DNA from: Eledone cirrhosa
Lineage: Eukaryota
Assembly: GCA_964016885.1 (NCBI GenBank)
Contig: OZ024743.1
Location: forward strand, 272,366,001 to 272,430,000
Length of the DNA: 64,000 bases
Direction: 5' to 3'
In this document: positions 42,631 to 54,999 of the stretch, one piece after another
Layout of the letters: every line of letters starts with the position of its first letter
How positions within the stretch are numbered: position 1 is the first letter of the stretch
The notes under the pieces: model-generated
What the model saw: only the letters and a program-made list of their open reading frames with translations
The model's database searches: none
Told to the model about the DNA's origin: nothing
Translations under genes and position numbers: made by a program

Positions 42631-45600
42631 TTCAATTCAATTCAATATTCAATATATTTGGCAGAAAATAAAACATAGATGCTTCAGATGCCATGTAAGG
42701 AGGGGAGAGGGGCAACATTTACACAGTCGGAAATACAGTGGTCCCATACCGGTCCAATTTTGCCTTGAATTGTTGCGTGGTTGACGCGTTGACTACTTCT
42801 TCTGGAAGCCGATTCCAGGGTCCAGAGATGCGGATCGAGAAAGCAGCTTTCCGTCTATTTAGGCGAAAGTGGCGGTGAAACAGCTTTGTGTCATGTCCAC
42901 GTAGACCCCTTTCAAGTGGCCAAGTGAATAGGAGATCTTGAGGGAGATCGTAATGGCCATTGAAGAGATTGTAAGCCAAAATGAGATCACCTCGTAGCCG
43001 TCGACGCTCCAAGGAGAAGTGGTTCAGCTTCTGCAGCCGGCTTTCGTAGGGCAGCTCATGAAGACCATTCGAGTCGCTAGTCGTTGAACTCTCTCCAAAT
43101 GATGGATATCCCGGATGGGTATGGGTTTGATGCTTGGATGCCATATTCTAGGTGCGGTCGCACGCGGGCGAAATAGAGAGGCCTGAACATTTTAGGAGTG
43201 AGTTTGGCAAAGGAGCGTCGAATAAGAAAAAGAGAGCTCCTTGTCTTGTTTGCGGCTTGAATGCAATGTTTTGATGGTTTGAAGGACGAGTCGACCAGCA
43301 GACCAAGATCTTTAGTCTCCTCAACCTCCTTCAAAGGAGCACTGCCACCGTTAAAGGTAAGTGCTGAGTTATAAGGTGTAGCCACTGCCATATGGCAACA
43401 CTTATCGACATTGAGGTATAAATCCCAGTCAATGGACCAACTCCAGGCGCGCTGGAGGCTGGACTTGAGATTGTCGATCTCGCTCCTACGGGCTACCATT
43501 TTCACATCATCTGCAAATAGGAGCACTTTTCCACCAATCACGTCCGGCATGTCGTTGATGTATAGAAGGAAGAGAATTGGGCTCAACACAAATCCGTGGG
43601 GAACGCCACTGCCTACACCCACCCTCAATGACAGACAGCCATTGATCCGAACTCTGCAAGTACGACCCTCCAGAAATGATCCAATCCACTTTATAATCGA
43701 GTCATGGAGACCGTAGTTGCTGAGCTTATGCAGGAGCAGGCGGTGGTTGACAGAGTCAAAGGCTTTTGCGAAGTCGAGAAAGATAATATCGGTCGCATCT
43801 TCATCGTCCATTATCCTCGTCACCCATTCTTCCATCACGAGTAGGTTTGTGAGACAGGAACGTTTCGGGATGAAACCGTGTTGAGAAGGAGAGATGGCAG
43901 TGAAAGACGCAAGATGAGCCATAATTGTTCGCTTGATTAGAGATTCCAAGGCCTTACAGACAATTGAGGTGAGGCTCACGGGTCTGTAGTTCCCCGGGTC
44001 TTCTTTGTCGCCTTTTTTAAAGATAGGGAAAATTGTAGCTACTTTCCAGTCGGCAGGACCAACTCCGGTAGCCAATGATAGGTTGAATAGTGTGGTTAGA
44101 GGTTTAGCAAGGTTGGGTGCAACTGCACCCAAAATCGCTGGATGTAGACCGTCTGGTCCATGCCTCTTATTCACATCTAAGGACAAAAGCAACTTTTCCA
44201 CCTCGTCCGGTCTGACGGTGGTTGGCTGTATTGGTGGGGAGATCATGTTTAGATTTGGAGGTTCTCTGCCATCGCCCTCTTTGAAAATATTGCGAAAACA
44301 TCAGCAAAAAGAGAAGTTTGTTGGTCAGCGTGTTCAATAACTGCACCTTCGGGGTTTCGGAGAGTGACAATTTGGTTATTCAGTTTTTGATTTCTCTGCA
44401 CGTGAGCGAAAAAGCGCTTTGGATTACACCGGGATCATTTGTAAATTCCCTTTCAACATTTTGCCTTCCAATTCTGGAAATATGCTCTACATGATTTCGT
44501 TGCTTTCTGTAGACTTCAAATGCTGCCGCAGACATGGTCTCGTGATAGTGTCCTCAAGCAGCGTTTCTTAACTTCCGTTCGCGGATAATTGTCTTTGTTA
44601 TCCAGTGTTTGTGTTTCTTGCGTTTTGGCGTTCTCAGCGGCACTGCCGTTTCTGTTAGCCCAAGTAGAATTTTCTTTCTTTCTCGCCACAAAGTTTCAAC
44701 AGACTGATTTTTAGTTAGGCTGCGCCAATTTATCTCGTCGGAGGCCATTTTGATAAGGTCATGATTCATAGTAGCAAATATTCTTCTCGACTGATTCAAA
44801 ACGGGAGACAGTGCAAACGAAGTATGCATGCTAAAGCTCAGTACTGCATGATCGCTTTTCCCAAGTGGAGACAGAACTTGCAGAGACGATACGGATCTAG
44901 GATAACAGGAGAAGATAAGGTCTAGTAACGACGGTCGTTGACCACTTACTTCGAGCCCTTGTCGGTTTTGTAACATGCTGGCAGATGAAACATTCTTCCG
45001 TCGTGTCGAGCAATAGTTGGTCGAAGTTATTGTTGGACATGCAGACATTTGAGTTGCAGTCTATAGTCGGGGCATTAAAATCCCCGAGTATAAGACAGTC
45101 ATTTGGACATCTTGAGACAGCTTTCATTGCATTAATGAGACTCTGATCTTCATCTGTTGTAGAACTAGGACTGCGATAGATGGAAAGAACGGGAATAGTT
45201 TCTCCACCCACATTAAGACTGCAAAAAACAGCATCAAAGTTCTCTGAAAGTACGGTGTTTGGTGGTAGAGGCTGACGGGATGGTTTGAGCGATGATCTTG
45301 CATAAACGATAACTCCCCTACCTTTTATTTGAGATCTATCACATCGGAATGTAGTAAAGTCAGAAATGTGAATCTCTGCATCTTTGACTTCTGAATTTAA
45401 CCAGGTTTCGGTTATGACTATCAGGTCTGCCTTCTCGTCTGCAATAACGGAATGGAGATCATCAAGTTTGGACAGAAGAGAGCAAGCGTTGGTTAAAATA
45501 ACTTTGAATGAGAAAATGTACACACGTTGGCGGTTGGAGTTGAAGAAAAAAGAGAGTATAATCCACAAATGCGTAGAACAATCCAAAAACAGAGGGAAAA

Positions 45601-45700
45601 ACAGCAGCAATAAACCTCTTTGGATGAGTAGTCGAATCAGCTTGAACCGTTATGCACCAAAATTGGTGTGTAGTTTATCCGTCTGCTTCACATATAATTA
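42631..45700 (-). mobile_element. CR1-type LINE, decayed ORF2 (APE endonuclease plus RT) with (TTGAA)n-like tail
   Basis: 44897-45610 NACSL..ITETW..IYRSP..GDFN; SDH at 44554-45048; 43077-44246 GPDG, NYRPVSLTS, LDFAKAFDSV, GVPHG, LFADD; 42719-43144 RRLRGDLI..WNRLP. Confidence 0.93.
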
Positions 45701-45981
45701 ATGTGTTGTATTGTTAACCCCCCCCCCTACCCCGCCACAAAAAGAAATTTTGATAGGAACATATTAGGTTGATATGTGGTCTAATATATATATATATTGC
45801 CATAAATGACTGATAGCAGATGTTTTGGTGAAATAATAGTTTTACTACTATAGATTAGTATGTATTATTTTAATAAAGATGGGCATGTATTATTTTAACA
45901 AAGTATTTTAATAAAGATGGGCATGTATTATTTTAACAAAGTATTTTAATAAAGATGGGCATGTATTATTTTAACAAAGTA

Positions 45982-46270
45982 GGGCGGTAGATTGGCAGTA
46001 TCTATCCAGCATAGTTACGTCCCTTTACGATCTGAATTCAAATACCGCCGAGGCTGACTTTGCCTTTCAGCCTTACGGGGTCGATAAAATAAAGTACCAG
46101 TAATGCACTGGGTAATTGCTGGCCTTGTGCCTAAAGTAGAAACAATTATTTTAATAAAGATCCTGCCGAGGTTAAGTTTGCCTTTCATCCTTATGGGGTC
46201 GATAAAATAAAGTACCAGTAATGTACTGGGTTTTTGCTGGCCTTTTGCCTAAAATAGAAGCAATTATTTT
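45982..46270 (+). mobile_element. SINE with partial tandem duplication
   Basis: SINE body plus repeated 3' half, embedded in tattattttaataaagat repeats. Confidence 0.75.
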
Positions 46271-47148
46271 AATAAAGATATGTATTATTTTAATAAAAGT
46301 CCTATTTACTTTTTCATGGCAGCATTAGAAATATAGTAATGACAGTCTTAAGAAACTTCGAGAATATACGATGTTGTAATATTCATGGTAGCATTAAAAT
46401 ATAGTAATAACAGAGTTAAGAAACTTCGAGAATATACAATGTTGTAATATTCATGGTAGCATTAAAAAAAAAAAATGTAGTAATGACATTTTTGTACAAG
46501 TTTTTCAAATACTAAAGATAAAAATATGATTTAAAATAGAAAATAGTAAATAGAAAAGAGAAAAATAAAAAAGTTGTTTCCATATAATCCACAAAAGTCA
46601 AGTGATGTGCATGCATGTGCAATTACGTTTGTGCACACATATGTTAAAATAGATGTGCACACATATGTTAAAATACATGCGCACATATATGTCAAAATAT
46701 CGTAGGTTTTACGTTGGCAAACATATGTTAAAATATCGTAGATTTTACGTTGGCAGACATTTGTTGAAATCGTTATATCGTTATATCGTAAATATACATG
46801 CTTCACGCCCCAATGTCCAGAAAATATTTAGGTGGGGAGGGACACAAGTAAACCCTGTTGTAGCATGCAATTCATTTTGTCTCTTTGAAAGGTCTTTAAA
46901 GTGATATTTTTCTGTGAGCGTTTTCTTTGACATCTGCTTTCTTTTGATTCTTTTGATTCTGAAGGTGTTTATCAACTAAAAACCATAACTTAATAGGTAG
47001 GCTCTTTTACCTGTTTCAGCCATCCGGCTGAGGCCATGGTGGGGTACCGCCTTTGACACACATATATATATATGTTATAAAGAGTCGGGACCCGACAGCT
47101 AGGCTCTTGCCGTTTCAACATATACGTATACATATATATAAACGTATA

Positions 47149-47208
<60 letters not shown>

Positions 47209-47505
47209 CAATATATAGAGAAACACAGAGATACATGCGGACACATACATATACATGAATATATCCACATCCATCCTTGAGTTAATGGTGCCAACCTTAA
47301 CCGTTGTTGCTCTATGAATAACTGGGACAAACCAATCCGAATGGATTAGACTGAACCAGTATCAGAGCTATAAAGTACATTATGAAGAGAGAAGAAACAT
47401 TAGATATAATTAGTAATAAGATATATCATACCTAAACTGCTTCTAAATTCCTCGACTACGTAGTTTCGTGGCATAATCAAAAACATTATATCACAGAGAT
47501 ATAGC

Positions 47506-47602
<97 letters not shown>

Positions 47603-47653
47603 AATGCATGTGCATGTGTGTACACTTTAGTGAGAATTTTGTGGTAGTTGATC

Positions 47654-47684
<31 letters not shown>

Positions 47685-48326
47685 ATGTATGTATGTATAT
47701 ATATATATATATGTCGGGTCACTCTTGGGTGCTACTGGTAACATGTAACCCAGTACAACCTGTCGCATGGTCGGGTCGTCGGCAACCGCACCAAGTTTAC
47801 TTGGTGAGGAGGGGGATTTTGGATACCCTGCAGGACAAAAAACAAAACCTGACAAAGGGCGGAAGAACTCATAAGAGTCAACGGCCATCCAAAAGTGTGT
47901 AAATATGTATATAGACATGTACATATCTATGTATATGTATATGTGTATATACATGGCTGCATGTATATGCGCGGGGACATAGAAACAGTCGGTCTGGACA
48001 CCCGATCGCGCAGTTAAACCACTTGGAGTGAAGGACCCCTAGCCTTTGTCAGGGCATTCTTCTAGGAGAATGCAACTCAGGAAACTGGGATAACTCCGAT
48101 ATAGAACCCGCGGCTCAGTAGTTACCGATGATTTTGATCTTTTCTTCTTTTCGGGTTATAGCTACTGTCGCTCAGAGAGTAGGATTGGCTCAGTGCACAG
48201 TCTTTCCTTACTTTAAAAAATATCATCACGCACAGGCATTGCACGATAGAATTAATTAATAATTATTAATAATGGTATAACGTGCAATGGTCGTACTCGA
48301 TAACGAGGGGGCAGCCATCATATATA

Positions 48327-48409
<83 letters not shown>

Positions 48410-48463
48410 GTATATATATATATCATATGTATATATATATATAAACGGAAAAAATGAACCGTA

Positions 48464-48495
<32 letters not shown>

Positions 48496-49051
48496 CAAAT
48501 ATAAATTAACGAGAATCGTATTTCGGCTATTGGAAATTAGCGAAAAACAACTTCCGAGATGTGTGGCAAGCGCTCCATAGAAGCTAGTGAACTAGAGCTA
48601 TAACATAAGTTAAAAGGCCAAACACACTGAGACGATGGTTAAACCATTATCCGCACAGCCATAGAAACGACCAAGTAATTCGGGTCAAACAAATAAAATA
48701 TGATTGAAAATTATACCCGGACCCCTGGAAAGTTGGTAAAATCCAGCATTTGGATTTCTGCAACTCCTAAATCAGGTACAGTCTGCTTAGACAAATAATG
48801 TTAAGCTTTTGGTAAGATGATTGAACAAGGAAGTCGGTTTCTCAACAGTCTTAGAGTTCAAGTGCCAAACCAAGCACTGACCGTTATCAAAACCCACGTG
48901 GGGCTCGACAAGGGGGGGGGGGCAGCCCTTAGTTTTGGCGGATGAATTCAGTATGTGTCTTATTGCAAATTGCAAAATATCACAAAACGAATTAAGTTCT
49001 CATATATATATATATATATATATTATATGTATATATATATATATATACATT

Positions 49052-49160
49052 AAGAATCGGTACCCAACCGCTGAGCACTTGCGTTTCAACAGCTAGTTCC
49101 ACTGACTGGAACTAGCTGTTGTAACGATAAGATCTTAGCCGTCGGGGTCCCAACTATTTA
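49052..49160. repeat. Fold-back palindrome of a hammerhead 3' half
   Basis: Centred on cagctagttc-cactgact-ggaactagctg. Confidence 0.65.
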
Positions 49161-49242
49161 TAATATGACTATACTCTACTACCTCAACTATCGAGTTTCT
49201 GTTGAGTAATGGTCTAACCAGTTTCAAACAGAATCTATTCTG

Positions 49243-49304
<62 letters not shown>

Positions 49305-49928
49305 CAAGAATTGACAAGGCAAACACTGAGAGAAAAACACAAAAATTTATTAGTTTCTCGCTTACGTAGAAGTAAATGAGATTAACAATATTTGCTTTTT
49401 TTCCATCCGAAATGGTCAGAAGTTTTAAAACTAAATCACACATTCACATATTTAAGCACATATTTTCACAAATCCATCTTATTGTAGAGACATAAACAAC
49501 CCAACCTGGAAGAAAATAAGAAAGAAAATCAAATAACAGATCTGAATCTAATACGAGCAGAACAGACAAAACATCGGGCCTGTCTCTACTCGCTATGTCG
49601 ACTACCTAGAAATTGCAGTTAAATTATCCACATCTGTTCTAGACACATTAGGAAGTAGAAATATTAGGAAGTAGAAACATGATAATGTAGCTCCAGATAC
49701 AGCTATAACAATGAAACAATCACGGTTTAAATGCCTTTAATTATAGGTTTTCTCGATCATGGTTGAATTGCGCTGAAACAGCAACAAGAAGAAAATAAAC
49801 GGGCTAGTTAAAAAGAAACCTTAACATTGATGCTGACCTATTAGAAATAACAGCAAAACCTCCCCTAAACCCTACGCAAAGATGTTAACAAATACAAAAG
49901 AAAACAGATATTAGAAAATGTCATTATT

Positions 49929-50277
49929 ACGGAGGCAGTATCAGTAGAGAGTCGGACGCCATGCTTTCCAGCATAGTTACGTCCCTTTACGGTCTGAGTT
50001 CAAATCCCGCCGAAGTTAACTTTGCCTTTCATCCTTACGGGGTCATTAAAATAAAGTACCAGCAATGTGCCAAAAGTAGAAACAATTATTACGGATTGGC
50101 AGTATCGGTAGAGGTTTGGACGCCATGCTTTGACGTATAGAGTTACGGCCCTTGCCATTCTGAGTTCTAATCCCGCCGAGGTTAACTTTGAACATCCTTA
50201 CGGGGTCGATAAAATAAAGTACCAGTAATGCACTGTGTAATTGCTGGCCTTGTGCCAAAAGTAGAAACAATTATTAC
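49929..50277 (+). mobile_element. Two tandem tRNA-derived SINEs
   Basis: Two SINE bodies joined by attattacgga. Confidence 0.8.
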
Positions 50278-50717
50278 TAAAAAACAACAAAGCAAAACAA
50301 AGAAAGATGAAATTCTCACACCTAGAACGACTTTGAACATAGGTCTGTTTGATGAGATTTAATCCTGGAGGGTAAAAACAACTAGACACATTCACTTTCA
50401 CATAGACATATATCCAGAGCCAATAAACACAATATTTTCCCATTATCAAGATATCATTTAGGATGGTACACAATAAACGAATAGGTAAACAGAAAGAAGG
50501 ACAAAATTATAGTAACAATTATATCATATATTCAGTTTATGGTAGTGGAAAACAGATATATAATGATAGCATCAGAAACAAATAACAAAACAGTCGAGTG
50601 TTTTGACTGAGTGCTCCAGTTGATTGTGTCTTGCCTTCAAGCTAATCTCTGTGTTATTGATGTCGTTATTACCATTCCATTGGTCATTAACACGGATAGT
50701 CAGTGCAATGTTATGTT

Positions 50718-50800
<83 letters not shown>

Positions 50801-50966
50801 TATATATATATATATATATATATATACGCATAATATACACACACACAGACACATATATATATATCATATATATGTACATATATGTATATATATATATACA
50901 TATATATGTGTATATATATGCATAATATATATAGATATATAATGATATATATATATATATATATAT

Positions 50967-51573
50967 AAAAAACTTGAGAAGAAAGAAGAATACTGCGTGG
51001 TTTGCACATGGGTTACATATGATAAAAATAGTCCTTCGTCAGTGATTTTCCAACCGTCATTGGTATTTCATCGTATTAAAAATCAGATACCTCAGGTTGG
51101 TGCGAGCAATAACTAAAAAAAATTATTGGGACCAGAATTCGCGTAAGGCGAGGGGGACAAGTAAACAACATAGAAGGATAAAAGCAAACCGAAGATAGGA
51201 AAATAAACAAGCAACATGGTTGTCCGGTCAGCATAAGCTGGGTGAATTTCATGAGCGAGAGAGGTACACACCGTGTTGATGTGTGTGAGATGTGAGCAAG
51301 AAGAGACCCACACAAGCCAAATGGGAGGGAGTGAGAAGGGGAGAAACAGAGAGTGAGTGAGTGGAAGTGTGAGGAAGAGGTCAGTCGAGAGAAAGTGTAA
51401 CTGACAGAGGGGGCGAAAGAAGATGAGAGAAACAGGGAGAGCAGGGAAGCAGTCAGAGAGAAACAGACAAACGCAGCCGAGGTATATATATATAAAAAAC
51501 ATGAGAAGAAAGAAGAATACTGCGTGGTTTGCACATGGGTTACATATGATAAAAATAGTCCTTCGTCAGTGAT
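50967..51573 (-). mobile_element. Diverged relative of the 31682-32926 element, ~526-nt unit with ~80-nt terminal redundancy
   Basis: 50967-51045 is repeated at 51493-51573; shares atgggttacatatga, ccaaccgtc and tacctcaggttggtgcgagcaa with the 32-kb element. Confidence 0.85.
51030..51133 (-). ncRNA. Strand-permuted hammerhead-like motif (diverged copy 3)
   Basis: Reverse complement reads ggtaT-C-tgatt ... T-GAAA-tacc ... aatca-CTGACGA-A, with compensatory changes. Confidence 0.65.
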
Positions 51574-51599
51574 ACGCATATATATACGCTCACGTATTC

Positions 51600-52200
51600 C
51601 TGACAGGGCCGTTGGGACAGAGTCCTCAAACCCTCCTTCCAGTGGATCCTGTCAGAAGCAACCCTCTCCAACTGATCCGGCTTGATCCCCAAGTGAGACC
51701 AGCCAAGCTCTTGGATGTTATCCAATCATCTTGCTCGGTGTGTACCTTTGAGTCTCTAGCCGGTTGGTTTTGCCCGTAAAATCTCTCCAGCGATTCTTTC
51801 TTGAGACATTCTAACCACATGCCTATAGTATCGGAGCTATGATCTCTCAATTCGGAGAAGTAGCAGCTCTACCTGGAGTGACTCTCTGATCTCCCAACTA
51901 CGCACTCTATCGCGTAGCGTTACTTCAAATAGATTTTCGTAGGAACCTCATTTCGGCTGCTTCTATTCGTGATCGAATTATTTCGGTCATTATCCAAGAT
52001 TCATGACCATAGGTAATATTTGACACGAATACCGAATTGAAGATAGCCATTTTGGCTTTTATGCCTACCTCCTTTCTTCTGATTACTGAATGCAGAAGCT
52101 GGCGTGTTACTACACCAACTCCTGCAATTCTTGCACTTAATTCAGCCTATATGATGTTTTTGCGTATGAAACATAGGCCGGAGATGGTCATTTGCATAAA
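51600..52200 (-). mobile_element. RTE-clade LINE 3' remnant
   Basis: TYGHESWIMTE..IEAAEMRFLR, WMDNIQELGWSHLGI..ASDRIHW. Confidence 0.8.
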
Positions 52201-52418
52201 GTGCGAACTTGATGAATTAAATGGAAATAATTAGAAGTGGCACTAACATAGAATATTTGATCAAATGGGTGTAAAAATCCACCTGTCTGGCAATCTCACT
52301 GCTACTGACACTTATGTGATATGTTGACAGCAATAAAAAAAATTGATAGCGAGACTCTCGTATGTTTATTATACATAAACATATCATATATGCTCTCATA
52401 TACACCTCTACATATGTG

Positions 52419-52790
52419 TATGAGGGAGTGCTGAAACGTTCCTGGCTAAAAGGGTATAGCTGAAAGGTAGAGTTGTTACATTTACAGGGGAGGTAGAACA
52501 ATTATTTAGAAGATATGCAAATTCAACGCATGATGGCAGATCTTACGGTAGATTTTGGCAAAATTAAAGCACCGGCGGTCATGTATTCGTCTTACTACAG
52601 GGCTTTGTCTTCTGTGGTCGCGAAAGTTGGTCGTCCTGACCACAGGCGGTCATCTGTGACCTCGAAATGACCAGTCAGAAACCTTGACACCCAAACTTTG
52701 CCTGTGGAGTAAGATGGACAGCCATCCTTTAAGTCTTCCTTCATCTTGCCATGGATTTTAGCCGTTCCTTTGCATGTAAAAAGAGGAACG
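52419..52790 (-). mobile_element. Mariner-like DNA transposon remnant
   Basis: TIR-like TATGAGGGAGTGCTGAAACGTTCCTGGCT; minus-strand peptide AKIH..CPSYST..WVSRF..EVTDD..SGRP (mariner N-terminal HTH). Confidence 0.7.
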
Positions 52791-53062
52791 TACTAGTTGG
52801 GTTGTGCTCGACGTAGTTGATGGACTAGTTTATCACAATATTATTGGCTAATGGGAGATAATAGATGATTATTAACAATAGATAATACCTTATCATTAAC
52901 AAAGATCGCATAGGCCAACTATATAGGTTATCGAAACACGAGTCAGACTCTTTAATATGTAATAAATGAATGTCAGTAAATGTGCCTTAATGGTTTTTAT
53001 ATCAACTTCTCGCTTTCCCTCTCTCTCTATATACTCATATAATTCATATATATATATATATA

Positions 53063-53282
53063 TGAAATTAGAAAATATATAGCTTTCACCGTATTTTTGA
53101 CTAAAGGGATTTTAGCTTGATAACGGGGTTTAGAAAACCCTCAGATAAATGGAAAAAGATGAGTATTGACGTACGTCAATACTCATCTTTTTCCATTTAT
53201 CTGAGGGTTTTCTAAACCCCGTTATCAAGCTAAAATCCCTTTAGTCAAAAATACGGTGAAAGCTATATATTTTCTAATTTCA
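53063..53282. repeat. Perfect 220-bp spacerless palindrome between (TA)n tracts
   Basis: Centre ttgacgt|acgtcaa at 53172/53173; no mismatches seen in the arms. Confidence 0.9.
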
Positions 53283-53313
53283 AACTCGCTCACTGTTTCA
53301 AAACATACTTACT

Positions 53314-53413
<100 letters not shown>

Positions 53414-53532
53414 AGGTGTATTATTGGTTGTGTCGAACGGTCCAATAAATTTTTGTTAGCAATATTAAGTTCTCCACACTTTTGTATATCTCCAATTCCA
53501 TTTATGGTAACAGGTAGATGATGTAAAACGGA

Positions 53533-53719
53533 GTATCAAAATAAAGATCCGAAGGCATGGTATAAATTTCCAATCATTTTAATAACGACATATGTTTCAC
53601 CTGACGAGATCAGTGATAATCGATCATGGCTACACGATCGATCTATCTCTTATTGAAACATGTGTCGTGATTAAAATGATTGGAAATTTACACCATGCCT
53701 TCGGATCTTTATTTTGATA
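53533..53719. repeat. Fold-back palindrome containing a hammerhead 3' half
   Basis: GAAA-catgtg-TC at 53655-53666 is mirrored by gacatatgtttc in the left arm. Confidence 0.7.
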
Positions 53720-54999
53720 TATGAGCTTTTTAAATTATGTTTATAGCTCTGGTATCTTCTTCAGTTCCATCGAGCGTTTGTCAGCACAATATGGAAGTTG
53801 CGTTTCGCTAATTTCTACCCGCCGAAATGCGATTCTCGCTAAATTATATTTATATATATATATATATATATATATAGGAGTTGAATTAAAGTATGATAAA
53901 ATGCTGCTTAACAACAAAATAGAACGATCAATTTTCCGTAGACACAATGTAGCTACCAAGTTCGCAAACTTCAAACCAACATGATTCGAAACAGCAATAT
54001 CAGAATTCAAGCAGGACCACCCGAGTTTTAATGTACTGGCTACACACCACCCCACTGTTATTAGCTGTGAACTGACCAACTGGTCATTAAATCAACATCA
54101 TAAATCTCCCAACATTTCTTTCTCTCTCTCTCTCTCTATAGCCACACCTCCATTAAGATAAAACAATCAGCCTACCAGGCATTAACCACCCATATATCAA
54201 CACTACCCCTTTCAATTTTTATTCTCTATCTACCTATCTACACCTTCCCCGTCCTTAGCCCTACCCTTTATGTCTCATCCTCGTATCATCATCCTCACTG
54301 TCTGTCTCCTGTCTTTTATCTCTTCCCCTCTCACTTAATTTTTATTTATTATTTTTTATCTTTTATCTGTTATTTGTTATTATTTTTTATTTTTTACTCT
54401 AATCCTCTGGGATTTGACCACTACACATGTATGTATTTAATGTATCTTTTCATGTTATTGTTATCTCTACCGTCATCACTACTTTACACATATACTTACT
54501 CACCACTGTAACTTCAACTACCAACACCACCACTACTATTATCAGCAATCGTATTCTGTACTTATTTTTTACTTTTTTTTAAATTTCTTTATCATCTTCA
54601 TTCTAACTTCTTTATTATTATATTTTATTATCTTTTATTATTGATGTTATTGTTTTGATTCTCCGATGTACCTATAAATACCATTGCCATGTCTTAAACC
54701 CTCCAGTATTCCGATGATTTGATCAGAGGCAAACACTGTATTTAAGGTCGACTGACGCAACTTCGAGGGATTAGCGGCATTTAGAATCACCTGATCAATA
54801 AAACCCTTTTGGTACAGCCGACCATGTTATTCTTCACCCTTTCACGATTATTACTCCAAGAATAACCTGCATGAGAATTCTAGTGAACTCGCTACCTAAT
54901 TATGGAAACCTCTTGTTGAGTCAAACAACGCTGTACGTTAAAACTATTCACAATACAGAGTACTCCCAACCTCTAACTGGATTACCCAAAACGATATAT

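Noticed and set aside
47712-48240. Possible LINE 5' UTR with an HDV-like ribozyme (acc-tgtcgcat-ggt)
   Set aside because: P1/P2 pairing and the catalytic J4/2 strand could not be completed convincingly.
48610-48690. ctgagacga..gaaac hammerhead-like words
   Set aside because: Core spacing is wrong and no helix I or NUH site is found.
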